From Squalus acanthias (Eukaryota): 64,000 bases of DNA. This document shows, one piece after another, positions 1 through 12,979 of this stretch. The notes beneath the pieces are model-generated. The model searched no databases. It saw nothing but the letters and a program-made list of their open reading frames with translations, and was not told the origin of the DNA. Both the position numbers and the translations under genes were made by a program. The stretch is taken from positions 17,796,001-17,860,000 of the forward strand of contig CM059433.1 in assembly GCA_030390025.1 (NCBI GenBank), written 5' to 3'. Position 1 is the first letter of the stretch. Each line of letters begins with the position of its first letter.

Positions 1-197
1 CCATTAAAGGCATAGACACACACACAAACTTACAGTTAAATAAATGTTGCCACTAATTAAAATACCATGCTGCCTGTACCTGTTTTGTAAACACCAAGCA
101 CAACATCAGCACATGCTCATATTGTTGAGTTGCTGACAATAAGGAAGATAACTATGGATAAGCAGATAGGACAGACATCAATGCAACCAACACAAAA

Positions 198-455
198 GCA
201 TGGGAACACCACCACCTCCAACTTCCCCTCCAAGTCACACACCATCCTGACTTAGAAGTATATCGCCGTTCCTTCATCGTCGCTGGGTCAAAATCCTGGA
301 ACTCCCTCCCTAACAGCACTGTGGGAGTACCTTCACCACGCGGACTGCAGTGGTTCAAGAAGGTGGCTCACCACCACCTTCTCAAGGGCAATTCGGGATG
401 GGCAATAAATGCTGGCCTTGCCAGCGACGCCCAGATCCCATTAGCGAATAAAAAA
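198..455 (+). mobile_element. CR1/Jockey-group LINE 'family A', 3' end fragment
   Basis: Nearly identical to the 3' ends at 4268-4529 and 22768-23029. Ends ...KAAHHHLLKGN*, then GGGATGGGCAATAAATGCTGGCCTTGCCAGCGACGCCC and an A-tail. Confidence 0.85.
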
Positions 456-2022
456 CAAATCTCTCAGTGCAGCAACTCGGAAGATGAAGCCATCAGCAGC
501 TGGCATTGTTCTTGTGCTGTAGTGGTAGTTCTTCCTCAGGGGGTAGATATTGTGATTCCTTGCCCTCCTCTTGCCCTGGTACCCCCTGATCATTGGTGAA
601 CTGCGTGTCGCTACCCCCGTCAGTGATATCGTCATGCAATATGCAGCACATTGTCGCTATGTTGCCTACTTTTTTAGAGCTATACAAGAGGCAGCTACCA
701 GAGCAGTACAAGCACCCACAGAGTGCTGTGTGAGTCCTGCTCATTCAGCACTCTGGTCCAGCCAAAGACTTCAGTGTACTGTAGCGGAGTCCAGGTGTGG
801 AGAGTTGTCATGAGCTACAGTTACAATCTCCTAGCAGCCAGTATTGAGTCTCGCTGCCCTTGGAAAAGCTTGGTGCAGAATGTGTGAATCATGAATACTC
901 CTACTGAAGCGGCATTCATTTCTATAATCTTAAATTAAGGGTCACATCCCTATCTGCACTTCAAGGGAACAAAAGGGGTGACTTTAATGGAAAGAAAAAT
1001 TGGGCAGGGTGCCCTTGCATACTCTTTTGACTTATGTGCATCACGGCATTGCCGCATGGTGCTTGAATAGCAACAAGGAATTGTTTGCTGAACCCTGCAC
1101 ATTGGAAGTTTGAGAGTGCAATTATTTTGACAGCAACATTGAAAGGCAGTGCTGACCAAGGCTTGCCTGTGCAGCCTGGTGTTCAGGAATTGGCACAGGT
1201 TGGTAGCTTCAGCCTGTGCATGACCCGCTCTCCTTTAGGGACAGGTCACTGCTTGCTGGCCTGTATGTCTGGCCTTGGGGATAACAGTGTAAAGCACGGT
1301 TAGCATTCTGTAAAAGCCTTTGCCTCTGCTCTGCCCTCTGTTCCTGCAGCAAACAGATGCTCGGAGCAGCTCTGTGGGCCAGCAATCAGCACGTGTGCTG
1401 GGATCACACTGGCGGGGAGCCTCCACCGCTGGCCTCAGTGAAATTTCCAGGGTCAGGAGGAATTAACCTGAAAATGGAAGGCACCCGTGGCACTAGAGAC
1501 GCATCAATAATTCCTGATATATAAAAGAATCACCCCAAAAACAACACAGAGCTCCCTCCAGCAGCCCCCCCTGTTATGTCTGGACTGAACTACCCCCAGC
1601 GCGCTCCATGTTGAAGACCATGTTTGGGGGGCTCACACCCCAACATGCCATGAGGAAACTTTGGCACTCAACAGGGACCAGCGTATCCAGGTCTTGGCCT
1701 AGTCTCTGGTCATTCCAGCATACGCCTGCTGAAGTTACAGTGGGAGTATGCTGGATCACCCATGGATACAATTACAGGAGTAGCAGGCAGCAATAGAGAA
1801 TTTATCGCTGCAAATGAAAGGCAATACCAATCAGCATTAGGACCCATTAGCAAGCCCTTAACTAGTATCATTGAGTAATGGCCATTAAAATAGCACTGTA
1901 AATTGGACCCGATCATTTTTTGCCCCACAAACATGGATTGGATGAAACCACAATCTAACACTTGTAGTGTTTTTCCCCTAAGTCTCCACCTCTTTTAATG
2001 TCAACTTCTACAGGCACTTAAA

Positions 2023-2435
2023 GTGTCAGCTGTGGTTCAGTGGGTAGCACACTCGCCTCTGAGTCAGAAGGTTGTGGGTTCAAGGCCCACTAGGTTGACA
2101 CTCCAGTGCAGTGCTGCACTGTCAGAGGTACCATCTTTCGTTAAACCGAGGCCCCGTCTGCTCTCTCAGGTGGACGTAAAAGATCCCATGGCACTATTTC
2201 GAAGAGTTCTCCCCGGTGTCCTGGCCAATATTTATCCTTCAATCAACATAACAGAAACAGATTATCTGGTCATTATCACATTGCTGATTGTGGGAACTTG
2301 CTGTGTGCAAATTGGCTGCCACGTATCCCACATTACAACAGTGACTCCACTTCAAAAGTACTTCATTGGCTGTAAAGCGCTTTGAGACGTCCGGTGGTCG
2401 TGAAAGGCGCTATATAAATGCAAGTCTTTCTTTTC
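2023..2435 (+). mobile_element. DeuSINE (SacSINE1-like) tRNA-derived SINE
   Basis: tRNA-like head (GTTCAGTGG...GGTTCAAG), Deu-like core GTGGACGTAAAAGATCCCATGGCACTATTT, and L2-like tail GGCGCTATATAAATGCAAGTCTTTC. Several other copies in the window. Confidence 0.8.
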
Positions 2436-3782
2436 TTTTTAACAGTGGAAAGCAGAAATAAAGCTCGGTAAACAGTACTTACCAGAAATGGGTGATCATT
2501 TACAAATGATCAAAGTACAATAATGCAAGGTTCGTGCAGTGTGTACACCTGGAAATATGGGTAAAAATGATGGCACTTTTCTGAACCAGGGTGCAACCTA
2601 GTGACCCAAATATAAAGCAATCTCATTAATCATTAAAAATATTAATGCAGTTTTTGGGATGAAGTAGAGCTGACGTGTAATTACCATTCCATTATACAAA
2701 TTAAACAGCAGGAGGCTGACTTTCATGTCTGTTAAACCATGCATGCAGCCATTCATGGGGTACAACGGGCTGGAAAAAGAGGTGGAGATCGGTAACACGT
2801 GGTTGCCACGGGCCTGAGGGCGGGAGCAGGAACATTAAAATATTCAAACGAGGTGGGAGTGACATCCGAAGGTCTCTCACTATTATACCATTACAGCACC
2901 TGGCAGCAGTCTGGCAAAACAGCCCAGGGAATTTGGCCCAGAAACAAACAAGTTAAGGATAAATGATCTATTATTGTGCGGTAGTGATTATGCAAAAAGA
3001 AAAATTACTGCAGCGAGTAGCTGACAATTTCAACTATCGTTTCATAAACAGCTCTGCCATAGTCAGGTAGCCTCTCTTGTTGCGATATATCATTAAATAG
3101 ACCTCCGCATAATCGAATACACTGCAACACAGAAACTACAATAACTTTAAGGTAAACCTTTATGAAAAATTACACCAAGTATTTCTTCTGAGACTAAGAT
3201 CTTTGCATGACGCTGCAATAATCTTTAAACTTGCAATAACCCAGCACTAAATACGCTTGGCAATATAACGTGACAAACGATGTACTCTGTACAGCAGAGA
3301 CCACTGAAATTCCAGCTGCCATACATAAGTTCAATTTTAATTCTTGACTGATATTTGCAACCAGTGTTTCCCCTCGAGGATGGCGTTCAGCAGTCTCAAT
3401 CAATTCTTGTATAGCAGGGAGCTAAACTGCCTGAGGACAGTCTCCTTCATACAGCCCCTTCTCTGTAGTTAGTCATACAGCACTTTTAACAGTTTCTCCA
3501 AAAAATATTTGTGAAAAGTAGATCTTTTCAATCTCCCAATTGAAAAAGATAATGGGACTGGAATTCCGGGGCCCTTCCGGTGTGCTCCCATTATAATTCC
3601 GTTGGGAGCGCTCCGGAAGGGCCTCAAATTGGGCTGGGTCCTGGCTTTATGTCCGAGTTCCCGAATGGCCTGTTGGGAACAGCCCCCACCCGTCTCAGAT
3701 GCCATCAGTGCAGGAGGGGACAGGGCCGGGGATTCCTATCCTATCCAGTTCCGGCATCCACATCCTCTGAGAGGGCCAGTGG

Positions 3783-4529
3783 AGAAGCAAGAGTCGAACC
3801 ACCGCCCCTTGACATTCAACGGCATTACCATCACCGACTCCCCCACCATCAACAGCCTGGGGGTCCCCATTGACCAGAAACTTAACTGGACCAGCCACAT
3901 AAATACTGTGGCTACAAGAGCAGGTCAGAGGCTGGATATTCTGCGGCGAGTGTCTCACCTCCTGACTCCCCAAAACTTTTCCACCATCTACAAGGCACAA
4001 GTAAGGAGTGTGATGGAATACTCTCCACTTGCCTGGATGAGTGCAGCTCCAACAACACTCGAGAAGCTTGACACCATCCAGGATAAAGCAGCCCGCTTGA
4101 TTGGCACCCCATCCACTACCTTAAACATTCACTCCCTCCACCACCGGCGTACCGTGGCTGCAGTGTGTACCATCTACAAGATGCACTGCAGCAACTCGCC
4201 AAGGCTTCTTCGGCAGCACCTCCCAATCCCGCGACCTCTTCCACCTAGAAGGACAAGGGCAGCAGGCGCATGGGAACACCACCACCTCCAAGTTCCCCTC
4301 CAAGTCACACACCATCCTGACTTAGAAGTATATCGCCGATCCTTCATCGTCGCTGGGTCAAAATCCTGGAACTCCCTCCCTAACAGCACTGTGGGAGTAC
4401 CTTCACCACACGGACTGCAGCAGTTCAAGAAGGCGGCTCACCACCACCTTCTCAAGGGCAATTAGGGATGGGCAGTAAATGTTGGCCTTGCAGCGACGCC
4501 CAGATACCATTAGCGAATTTAAAAAAAAG
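3783..4529 (+). mobile_element. LINE family A, 5'-truncated ORF2 C-terminus plus 3' UTR
   Basis: ORF 3602-4465 contains LGVPIDQKLNWTSHIN...IYKAQVRSVMEYSPLAW, the post-RT region of a CR1/Jockey-group ORF2. A-tail at about 4521-4528. Confidence 0.9.
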
Positions 4530-5460
4530 AATCAGGGGCAAGTACAGCTGGTGAGACCTGGCCACCAAATGGCAGAATCAGGAATCTAGGTCAGGAATTC
4601 CAACGCTTGGAGGTCAGCTATTTTTTTCATGACTAGTGAACCTCCCGTGGCACTGCCCATGAGAAATCGTGGCAAATAGAACTCTGGGAACAGATGGGCA
4701 CGGGAAATGTGCCCCTAGTGGTGTGGGTGCCAGACATCGGGATTCAAAGTAAGGAACCATCCCCTGTGTTTCTGGCCAGCACATCCCAACACGTTTGCTG
4801 GAGTGCGCATCCCCTCCACCCTGCCCCACCCCAATGTGGATGTTCAGCCCCAACTTGCCTATAAGTATCGAAACAGTTGGGAGAAAAATACACTGGAGAC
4901 TCAGAAAAGACATAAACACATGTGACCGAAAGGGGCGAACAGCTCCGTAGGAGCATCCTGGCACTGTTAACTGCCCACCTGCAAAGTTCCCTAGTCTGAA
5001 ATTATTTCTCAACTTTTGTTTTATGCAAAGTCTGAGCTTAAAGAGCTCCTGCTCCATTTTGCTCCGCTGCACGCTGATCCGATGTACCAGAAAGATCCAA
5101 GTGGGATTTCCTCCACCGTGCCTCCTCTACAAGAAGACCAGTCTCGTAAACACCAGTAACGCAAATTTTCTATTTTTCAAGCCTCCATCAAATGGTAGCT
5201 AAGTCTCAGTAAACACCTGAAACAACCCACGAAACTCGTCTCTAGTCAGTGGCATGGCTGTTTACAGGAACCTAAGTAGGAAGGCTGTAATCAAAGAGGA
5301 ACAGCATAGATAGGTGTTACAGTGACAGCGCTTACTTCCCTTTTAACACGCAGCGGACGCAGTTAACATTGATATATACCCTTGTAAAAATATGTGCACC
5401 AAATAACCTGCAAAGTCAGATCATTCTGAATAAATACTCATATTCTCCATGCTCACTTAC

Positions 5461-5480
5461 TTCATCTGTAAGGCTGACTG
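5461..5480 (-). other. Candidate 20-nt microexon of an unidentified gene
   Basis: Minus strand: long T-run then acag|CAGTCAGCCTTACAGATGAA|gtaagt, i.e. near-consensus acceptor and donor. No homology support. Confidence 0.4.
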
Positions 5481-6029
5481 CTGTAAAAAAAAAAATGACA
5501 CAATCTATTAGTCATGAATAAAATATGAAACTGCTGAACCAGTGATTCATTGCTAACCTAAAGGGAAGCATTGAATCCATTATTCAATGACTGCCACTAT
5601 TTTGCAGTGCTACCTAACCTCAGGTTAATACCTGGGCTTTCCCCCTGCAGTGCTACATAATAATCACTGGTGTTGGTGCAGCGAGGTAAGGAGTACTGCT
5701 TTGTGAATAATCTGCAATTGAGCTTTTCATTAGTTCAAGCCGATGTCTCAGTTTAATCACATTGTTTACTGAATGGCAATAATGTCAGGAGATTTGTATC
5801 ACTGTTGCCTTTCGCCTTGCAATATGGCATATTGGGGAAATATTTCCTCTTGTGTGTTATGTGTAATGAAATTGTGCATTTGTTCTTCATTAATGGGTTT
5901 AGTGTTTTATTACATGTAGCACAAGGGGAAAATCTTCTTCCATTAGCCCCATTTATGTGAAATTCCAATGGAAGAGTTGAACCTGAAGTGGCTTAACAGT
6001 TCCCAGGTAGAATAATGGATATATGGGGT

Positions 6030-6260
6030 TGAGTTACAAGGCTGTAATATCAACAGCAGCAAATCTGTCAGCATCTGTGAAGAGAAAGGACAGGTCAATA
6101 TTTTGGATGTCGACCCATTGGCAGAACCGCTTCGTGGGAATGAACGAAACAAAGGGGAGAACAGCAGATCGAAGTCAAGAATCAGGAATGCTGATTCTGA
6201 ATGGCCAGCACGCAGGTGAGTATTTCAGCACTCGCTGTTTTAATTTCAGATTTCCCAATT
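6030..6260 (-). mobile_element. Degenerate Penelope-like terminal repeat relic
   Basis: CAGCATCTGTGAAGAGAAAGGACAGGTCAATATTT resembles the Penelope-like element end at 18720-18800. Confidence 0.45.
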
Positions 6261-6707
6261 TATAGTTTCTTTTTAACATTTTGTGAAGTAATCAAATTTC
6301 AATTAGTAAAATTCAAGCAGTTTGTTAATTTATTACTTTAACTCTGGGATTCGGTGTCTGGTATCTGCTAATTTTATAAAATACATGGTGGAATCCTCGT
6401 ATATGCATTCAGTTGAAACTTACGGAAAAGTGGTATTTGAACACTTCAGGATTGTCTATGTAAAGATCAAATATCCAATGTGGGAATAGCTTGCCTACAG
6501 AGGGATGTTGTCTGACATCCACATTTTCAGAATTTTCAACTGCATATTATTGACCTGTAATTTTTTTTAACAAAGTTGTAAATGACATTTTCACTCTATT
6601 ACCATTAAGGGGGAAGCTCCAATATCTTAGCACTGTAATGTTTACAAAAGAGTATTAATCCTCTTTGTGATGTCAGGAAATAAAAATCAGTGGATCACAG
6701 GAACATT

Positions 6708-6960
6708 GGGGGAGAAATTCATTGTAGCCTCATTTGGGGCGCTAAATTTTAAAAGCTTGGAAAATTAGCGCCAGGCGCTAATGTTTCCAAACTTTAAAAA
6801 AATTTGTTTTTGCGCTCCAAGAAGGAAGTGGAGAGCTAAATCGAGCAGGCGGGGCGGAGACTTCAGCAGCGCTGCACACTGCAGCGTTCAAAGGCTCCTC
6901 TCCCTTAAAGGGAAGGGCCATCGCTGCAGGCTCTGCAATTTAAAAAGTACCTACTTGGAC
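6708..6960. mobile_element. Partial Harbinger-type MITE end related to the 19945/44308 family
   Basis: GGGGGAGAAATT terminus plus ATTTGGGGCGC and AATTAGCGCCAGGCGCTAAT motifs shared with that family. Confidence 0.55.
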
Positions 6961-7994
6961 CACCAAGGCAGCCGCGATCCCACAAGATCCCATGGCCTAC
7001 TCTTTTCCTATGTTCCTATTTATTGTATTAAAAAGACATACTCATCATATTGTAAAATTAAACCAGCTAGATGTAAATTACAACTCATCGGGTGTAAAAT
7101 GTGAATATTATTTTACACTTTGTAGACTGTGAAAGGGTTACCTGTTTTATGGGCAGTGCAATAAATGTGTTTTATAGGAAACTGGAGCTGCTACTGTGAA
7201 ACCATCTGCGTTTGCTGACCCAGGACTGACTTTTACTCTGCTGCATACAGAAACCATAGTTTCCTGATTCTTGTGACCTTTAACTGTTCCAGTCAATAAG
7301 CTAACCTTTTCTAAACTGAGAGTTCACCTTTAGGTGTATTCCCACTTGTTCTATTAACCAGCATTTCAGTTAAAAAAAAAGAGCCTCCGGTGAATGACTT
7401 CAATATTTGGCCTCATGCTGACATATCGGAGAACGGTCGAGAAAAGCAGTCACTGTGTCAAGGTGTCAAGATATCAGATTGGACATAGGTAGCCCTATTA
7501 TTTTTGCAGATGGTGCTGTTTCATCGTTAGGTCCTTAGTTATCACTGTTCTTTTAGGCAGTCTTTTTCTCTGTGACTGGAAACATGATTTTACTGCACTG
7601 GTCGTATAGGTTTCCAGCTCCTCAGACCTGGACAAACGGCAGAAACTATATAGAAGACTTGCTACAGATGGGGATCTCCAACCAGCATGCTCAGTTCCCT
7701 GGATACGGTCAGGGATTCTCTAGTGAGCAAAATATTCCCAGGGCTTGATTTTGCCACTAGTGAGTATATAGAGAAAATTCCTATATATTATTTAGGCAAG
7801 CATGCCCAATTTTGGATTATCTCTGTTCTCTACTGGGTATGTGCAAGCACAGTTAGAGGAAACTTCCAATCATAATATGAATTTCTCTCACCTCTTTCCT
7901 CATGTATGAGACCAGTTATGCACCTTTTTAGGTGACTGGCTGTAGATGACTGAAAGTAGCATTGCCCAAGGCTTGTCCGTCTTTAAATGCACCG

Positions 7995-8185
7995 GACATT
8001 GTCATGCTGGGCCATACAGACCAAGGATGGCCCCAGGTTCGATCCCTTGTCTGATCTCGGCCAGAGTGGGAGTGGGGCGCTACAGCTGGCCTTAGTGTCG
8101 GCGGCTAGCGAGGGGACCACTTAGGCAGAGTCCCCACGACTGACTGCTACCGAGTGACATCTACTGAAACTACCTTTTTGTAGGT
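7995..8185 (+). mobile_element. Old LF-SINE-like fragment
   Basis: CCCAGGTTCGATCCC...CTGATCTCGGCCAG...GGGGCGCTACA, matching my recollection of LF-SINE. Confidence 0.5.
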
Positions 8186-9084
8186 GTCAGGTAAGGCTCG
8201 ACGGTGATATTTTGAATGGCAGACTAGCCCTGCTGAGTCTAAGCTCACATACAAAGAATATGCACTTGTGCAAGATGTCATCGGGCTGCCGTACTGGCAC
8301 CCATGCAACTGTGCCACAGTCTTCAACAGAAGAGAAGAGGAAAAGGGAGGAAATTAGGAGAACACCTATACCAAAGCACAGCCGAATGTAGCATTGCAAA
8401 TATGCTTGAAATCCTGCACCCAATGCCCCTGCAGTAACTCCATTTCATTCACCCGTAACATATCTTGTCACTTGGCAGTTACGGGAACACCTTATACCTT
8501 TCATATTTTTGGGTTGTCAAACTGTGAGTTGTATCTGTACTACAGGAGAAAGCTTATGAAATCATAGTGGTTGTGATGAATAGGAGTTTGGTCCCAATTC
8601 AAATCATAAGAAAGTGGCTGGTCACTTTAAATTAAGTTGCTGATAGCTTGTTTTCCATACACTGGAGAGGAGACACATCACTGTCTGCTACACAAAGTCT
8701 CATTTCAAAGACATTATTCAGATATATCTATATGTTTTGATTACAAAGCAGTAGAAATCACTTAACATAGACTGCTTGCTTTGTGCTGAAATCAAGCAGA
8801 TTTAAGATAAAACGTTTGGTAGTATGTGAGTGGAGTTCAGGAATGTGTTGCATTAAACTGACAAAATTGGGTCAACTATGGAAGAGATCTATTGCTTTCC
8901 TGCAGCTAAGCTTTCAACTTTAAAGAGTACAAAAGGTACATCTGAGGTAGTGTGCTCCCAAATCATCGGTTCTTCTTGAATCACTGTATTGTAGTTCGAG
9001 TGGAGGTGGTCTTGTGGACCTTCATGGGCCATTACGAATCTGCACATGTACAGAATGTCAGCTACAGTATGGATGTTAATCCAG

Positions 9085-9836
9085 GGCCCGTATTTTCCGA
9101 TCGGAGGCTTCCTGCGTCCGGAGGCCTCCAATCTGGAAAAAATCTATGCCCTTACCTGAGAGCTCCAGAGGTCCGGCCATTTCGCTCCTGGGCCTCTCCA
9201 TGACTAAATGCGCAGGGCCCACGTATCCCGGGGCGCAGGCAGTTCACAAGCATCCCTGGGATCACGTGGGCCATGGGGATCCAATGGGAAAAGGGAATCC
9301 CCCTTCATACTTTTGACAGCTTAGACCTGTCAAAAGTATGAATGGGGATCACTGAAAAAACTCATCAAAACATTAAATAATTTTTTTTTTAAATCACGTT
9401 TTTAAAATGAGTTAAAATTACATTAAATTAAATATTTTAAACAAAATTATAATTTTCAAAAAAAAAATTGAAGTTTTTTACAGGGCTAAAAATAAACTCA
9501 CCTTTTTTAAAAGTGTTTTAAAATTATAAATGAGTGAAAAAAAATTATTTTTTTACTTTTTTAAACTCTTATGCTGGTAAAAGCAGGCCTTACACCTGCT
9601 TTTTAAAGGGATTTTTAAGGGATTTGAGCGGGCAGAAGTTCTGCAGAAAGCGGAACTCTCCCCCCGCAGAAGCCCTTCTCCAGGGCAGGCGGAGGATCTG
9701 TCAAGAGGATTCTTGACAGATCGGAAGTGCCGGTTTTCAGCGCATGCGCTTCGCATGCCTGAAACCGGCACTTGCGAGGTCTCTACGGGTGTGTACACAG
9801 CTCGTACACACCTGTAGGGATCGGAAAATACAGGCC
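9085..9836. mobile_element. PIF/Harbinger-type MITE
   Basis: TIRs GGCCCGTATTTTCCGATC / GATCGGAAAATACAGGCC, 3-bp TSD CAG, AT-rich centre. Confidence 0.8.
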
Positions 9837-10809
9837 CAGGTTTCGTATTACTGTGAGAGTTACTGAAGTAACCTTTTGTTATTTTTGTACACAAGGAGGG
9901 AGAGTGAGTTCAAATTTCTATCTAAACAATGGAAGCTGCTTTATGGTCTCTTGCAACTTCTTATGTGTTGCTTTTAATCCGTTCTATAGTTTATGGCCTA
10001 AACTATGATTTGATAGATTGTCCTGCTGTCCAAGGACTAAGAGAGCATGAGGGGGCGCATGTCAATTCAGCAAGTTAATGCAGGAACAAGGGTTTCTGTT
10101 TGACCCCTAGGTAACACAACATTGCTGGATATTGTCTGTATAAATTCACAGTCTAGTTCAGAGGAGAAAGAGATAGCTTATGTGTGTGGTCTTTTGCCCT
10201 GAGCGTGAGAGAAATATCTGAGTGAAGCCTAAAATCATAATAGTGGTATCTTTGTGGGAGTGGAGGGTTGTCTTGGTGATTTTTCAAGTAAATAGAAATG
10301 TTTTAAATGCAATTTCCCACGAACAAGTCCAATTGAGATTCAATTATTGCGGGGCTTGTATATTTTGGAGCGTATTTTACGAGTCAGTGCTGGTGGAGAG
10401 CCTTGCAGCGGGTATTGGAAATTCAGGCGCATGCAGCCCATAATTTGCCATCACGGGCAGTGCTCACCTGAAAGTCTGATGTGTGTTGCCAGCGGGCGAG
10501 GCCCCTCGACGGATTTATAGACTCATAAAAGGATCCTGATTGTATTTCGCAATGGAGCTTTAAGTATTGCCAATCTCCTTGAGCTTTTGCAATGTCTCTC
10601 TAAATCGGAATCTTGCTCATAGAATGGAGGCATAAATTACAGAACATTGCTCAATTCATAGTGCAGTAATTTCAATTTTTAAAATCAAAACCTTGGAGGT
10701 GAAATTCCTCCTATTGATAATTTTAACCAAAAGAAAGAAACAACATGAATACAAAACAGGAACACCTGTTCTATATTCACACTGACCTTTTCCACAAATT
10801 TTTCACATT

Positions 10810-11385
10810 ACATAGGATTTACGGCACAGAAACAGGCCATTCGGCCCAACCAGACCATGCCGGCGTTTATGCTCCACTCGAGCCTCCTCCCGTCTTTCCT
10901 CATCTAATTCTGTCGGCATAACCCTCTATTCCCTTCTCCCTCATATGCTTATCTAGCCTCCCCTTAAATGCATCTATACGATTTGCCTCAACCACTCCCT
11001 GTGGTAGCGAGTTCCACATTCTCACCACTCTCTGGGTAAAGAAGTTTCTTCTGAATTCCCTGTTGGATTTCTTGGCGACTATCTTATATTGATGGCCTCT
11101 AGTTATGCTCTTCCCCACAAGTGGAAACATTCTCTCTGTATCCACTCTATGAAAACCCTTCATAATTTTAAAGACCTCAATTAGGTCACCCCCTCAGCCT
11201 TCTTTTTTCAAGTGAAAAGAGACCCAGCCTGTTCATCCTTTCCTGATAGGTACACCTTTGCATTTCTGGTATCATCCTTGTAAATCTTCTCTGCAACCTC
11301 TCCAGTGACTCTATATCCTTTTTATAATATGGCGACCAGAATTGTACGCAGTACTTCAAGTGTGGTCTAACCAAGGTTCGCTACA
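10810..11385 (-). mobile_element. Classical vertebrate CR1 (HER1-like) LINE 3' fragment
   Basis: [19 protein letters not shown]...NFFTQRVVRMWNSLP in the ORF track. Confidence 0.9.
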
Positions 11386-12180
11386 ACTTTCACAGAGAAG
11401 TTTAACATCCCCTCTCGCCCCACTTTATTGCTTGGTTTGATTCTGTAGAGAAACTCTATTGTAGTCCTTAAATGGTTATAAAACAATCGGAAACACAACG
11501 ATGCCCAGAAAATAAATGTATTTGTAACATGTTTATTAAAAATACAGAAAATGTGACGACACCAGTATTAGTAAAAACACTGCAGCACCCATGACTTTGG
11601 CTATATTGCTGGAGGGCACCTTTAAATTGAAATGTACACAATAAATGTCTTTCATAATGCTGGGAGGATTTTTTTAAACAAATACAACAGTTTTTTTTTA
11701 ATCTATTAAAAGAACTAATCGACCATTAGGCTTATAAGCTATTCATTATAGTAAAACAAGGAATAATCAGATTGAGTGGCCAAAAAAAGGTTTAATTCAG
11801 GAAACTATTAATACAGCTCTTAAAGTAATGTGGGAATACATTTCTCTTGCCCAAATGATATTGCTACACACTCCAAGATTTACAAAGAAATAGCCCACTC
11901 AATTGAGCTAAACTATTACTGGCGATTATTGCAAAAGTTATTTATGTATAACGTGGTTTCTATTCTGTGTATATTTCTGCTATCATTATCCAAGTTTTCA
12001 TTGCTGAAATGTTCAGCATACCCCTGTTCCACATAATAATGGTCCTAATTACTCTTCAGACACCTGTCTATAAAGCTGTGCAGCTTTTTACACATTAATT
12101 TAACACGCAGCTATTCAGAGAAGCTGTTTGCCTTATTATTCCTGGTAAGCATTCCATGTTGACAGCTGGACAATTTTGTG

Positions 12181-12281
12181 TCAGATTGCCATCTGGCCGA
12201 TGTTCCTTAAACGTCCTTGTTCCCGCTCCATTGGCGTCACCATCTTGTTGGCTTTAATGTCGCGTTCAGATTTTGGGCATG
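12181..12281 (-). CDS. Candidate terminal coding exon (xCPKSERDIKANKMVTPMEREQGRLRNIGQMAI* if phase 1)
   Basis: Acceptor tctcccttttgtttctcag, an open frame to TGA at 12183-12181, then unique AT-rich sequence with minus-strand AATAAA at 11537-11532. Protein not recognised. Confidence 0.3.
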
Positions 12282-12979
12282 CTGAGAAACAAAAGGGAGA
12301 GGCTTTTTAAAAAGACAGCACCTCTCCGCGGTTGTGCTTGTGCCCGGGCCAAGATTACCACAGCTACAGTTCATTAACAGCCATTACTCAGTTAAAGGCT
12401 TCTGCAAGTGCTGAGCTGCAGTGACCCCGGTGACAGAACATTATTACTCACAAGAAGCTCTTTGACTGTGACTGGTATGTACGTACAGCATGCCAATTGC
12501 GGGACAGATGCCAAGACATCAATGACTGGTGGCAAATAAACATGCCCAAAATGCCAAGAAGCTGTCCAATGTGATAATAATTCACTTGCAATGCTAATTT
12601 GTTTCAGAAATGTATATATGCATACAAGTGCTGAAACTGCAACATATTGACAGATGGGCCAGTTGCAACAGATAGACTGCATCTCATTGATGTTTATAGT
12701 GGCTATCAGAGACATTTAAATCCACATACACACGTTGTAATAATGAATAAAAGAAAACATTTAAGTTAACTGGGTGCACTGTTGCGAAGAACAAGCAGAT
12801 CTGCCAATTGCTCACCACTTCAAGGTTTCATTTGCACTCCGTGCACTGATTATCTGTAAATGAGAACTCATTTTTTCTCCTTTTCCTGTGCATTTGTAGG
12901 AACACACAGGTTTACTCATAGCATGGTCTTGAAGTTAGTTTGCTTACGCAGAAATTATGCTGGTTTCTACGCTGATCTT

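Noticed and set aside
8906..8935. Plus-strand exon-like AG...GT segments (also about 16528-16588, 41862-41898, 45946-45986, and acceptors at 55996 and 62997)
   Set aside because: Weak or missing donors, unrecognisable peptides and no consistent chain. Such matches are expected by chance in 64 kb.
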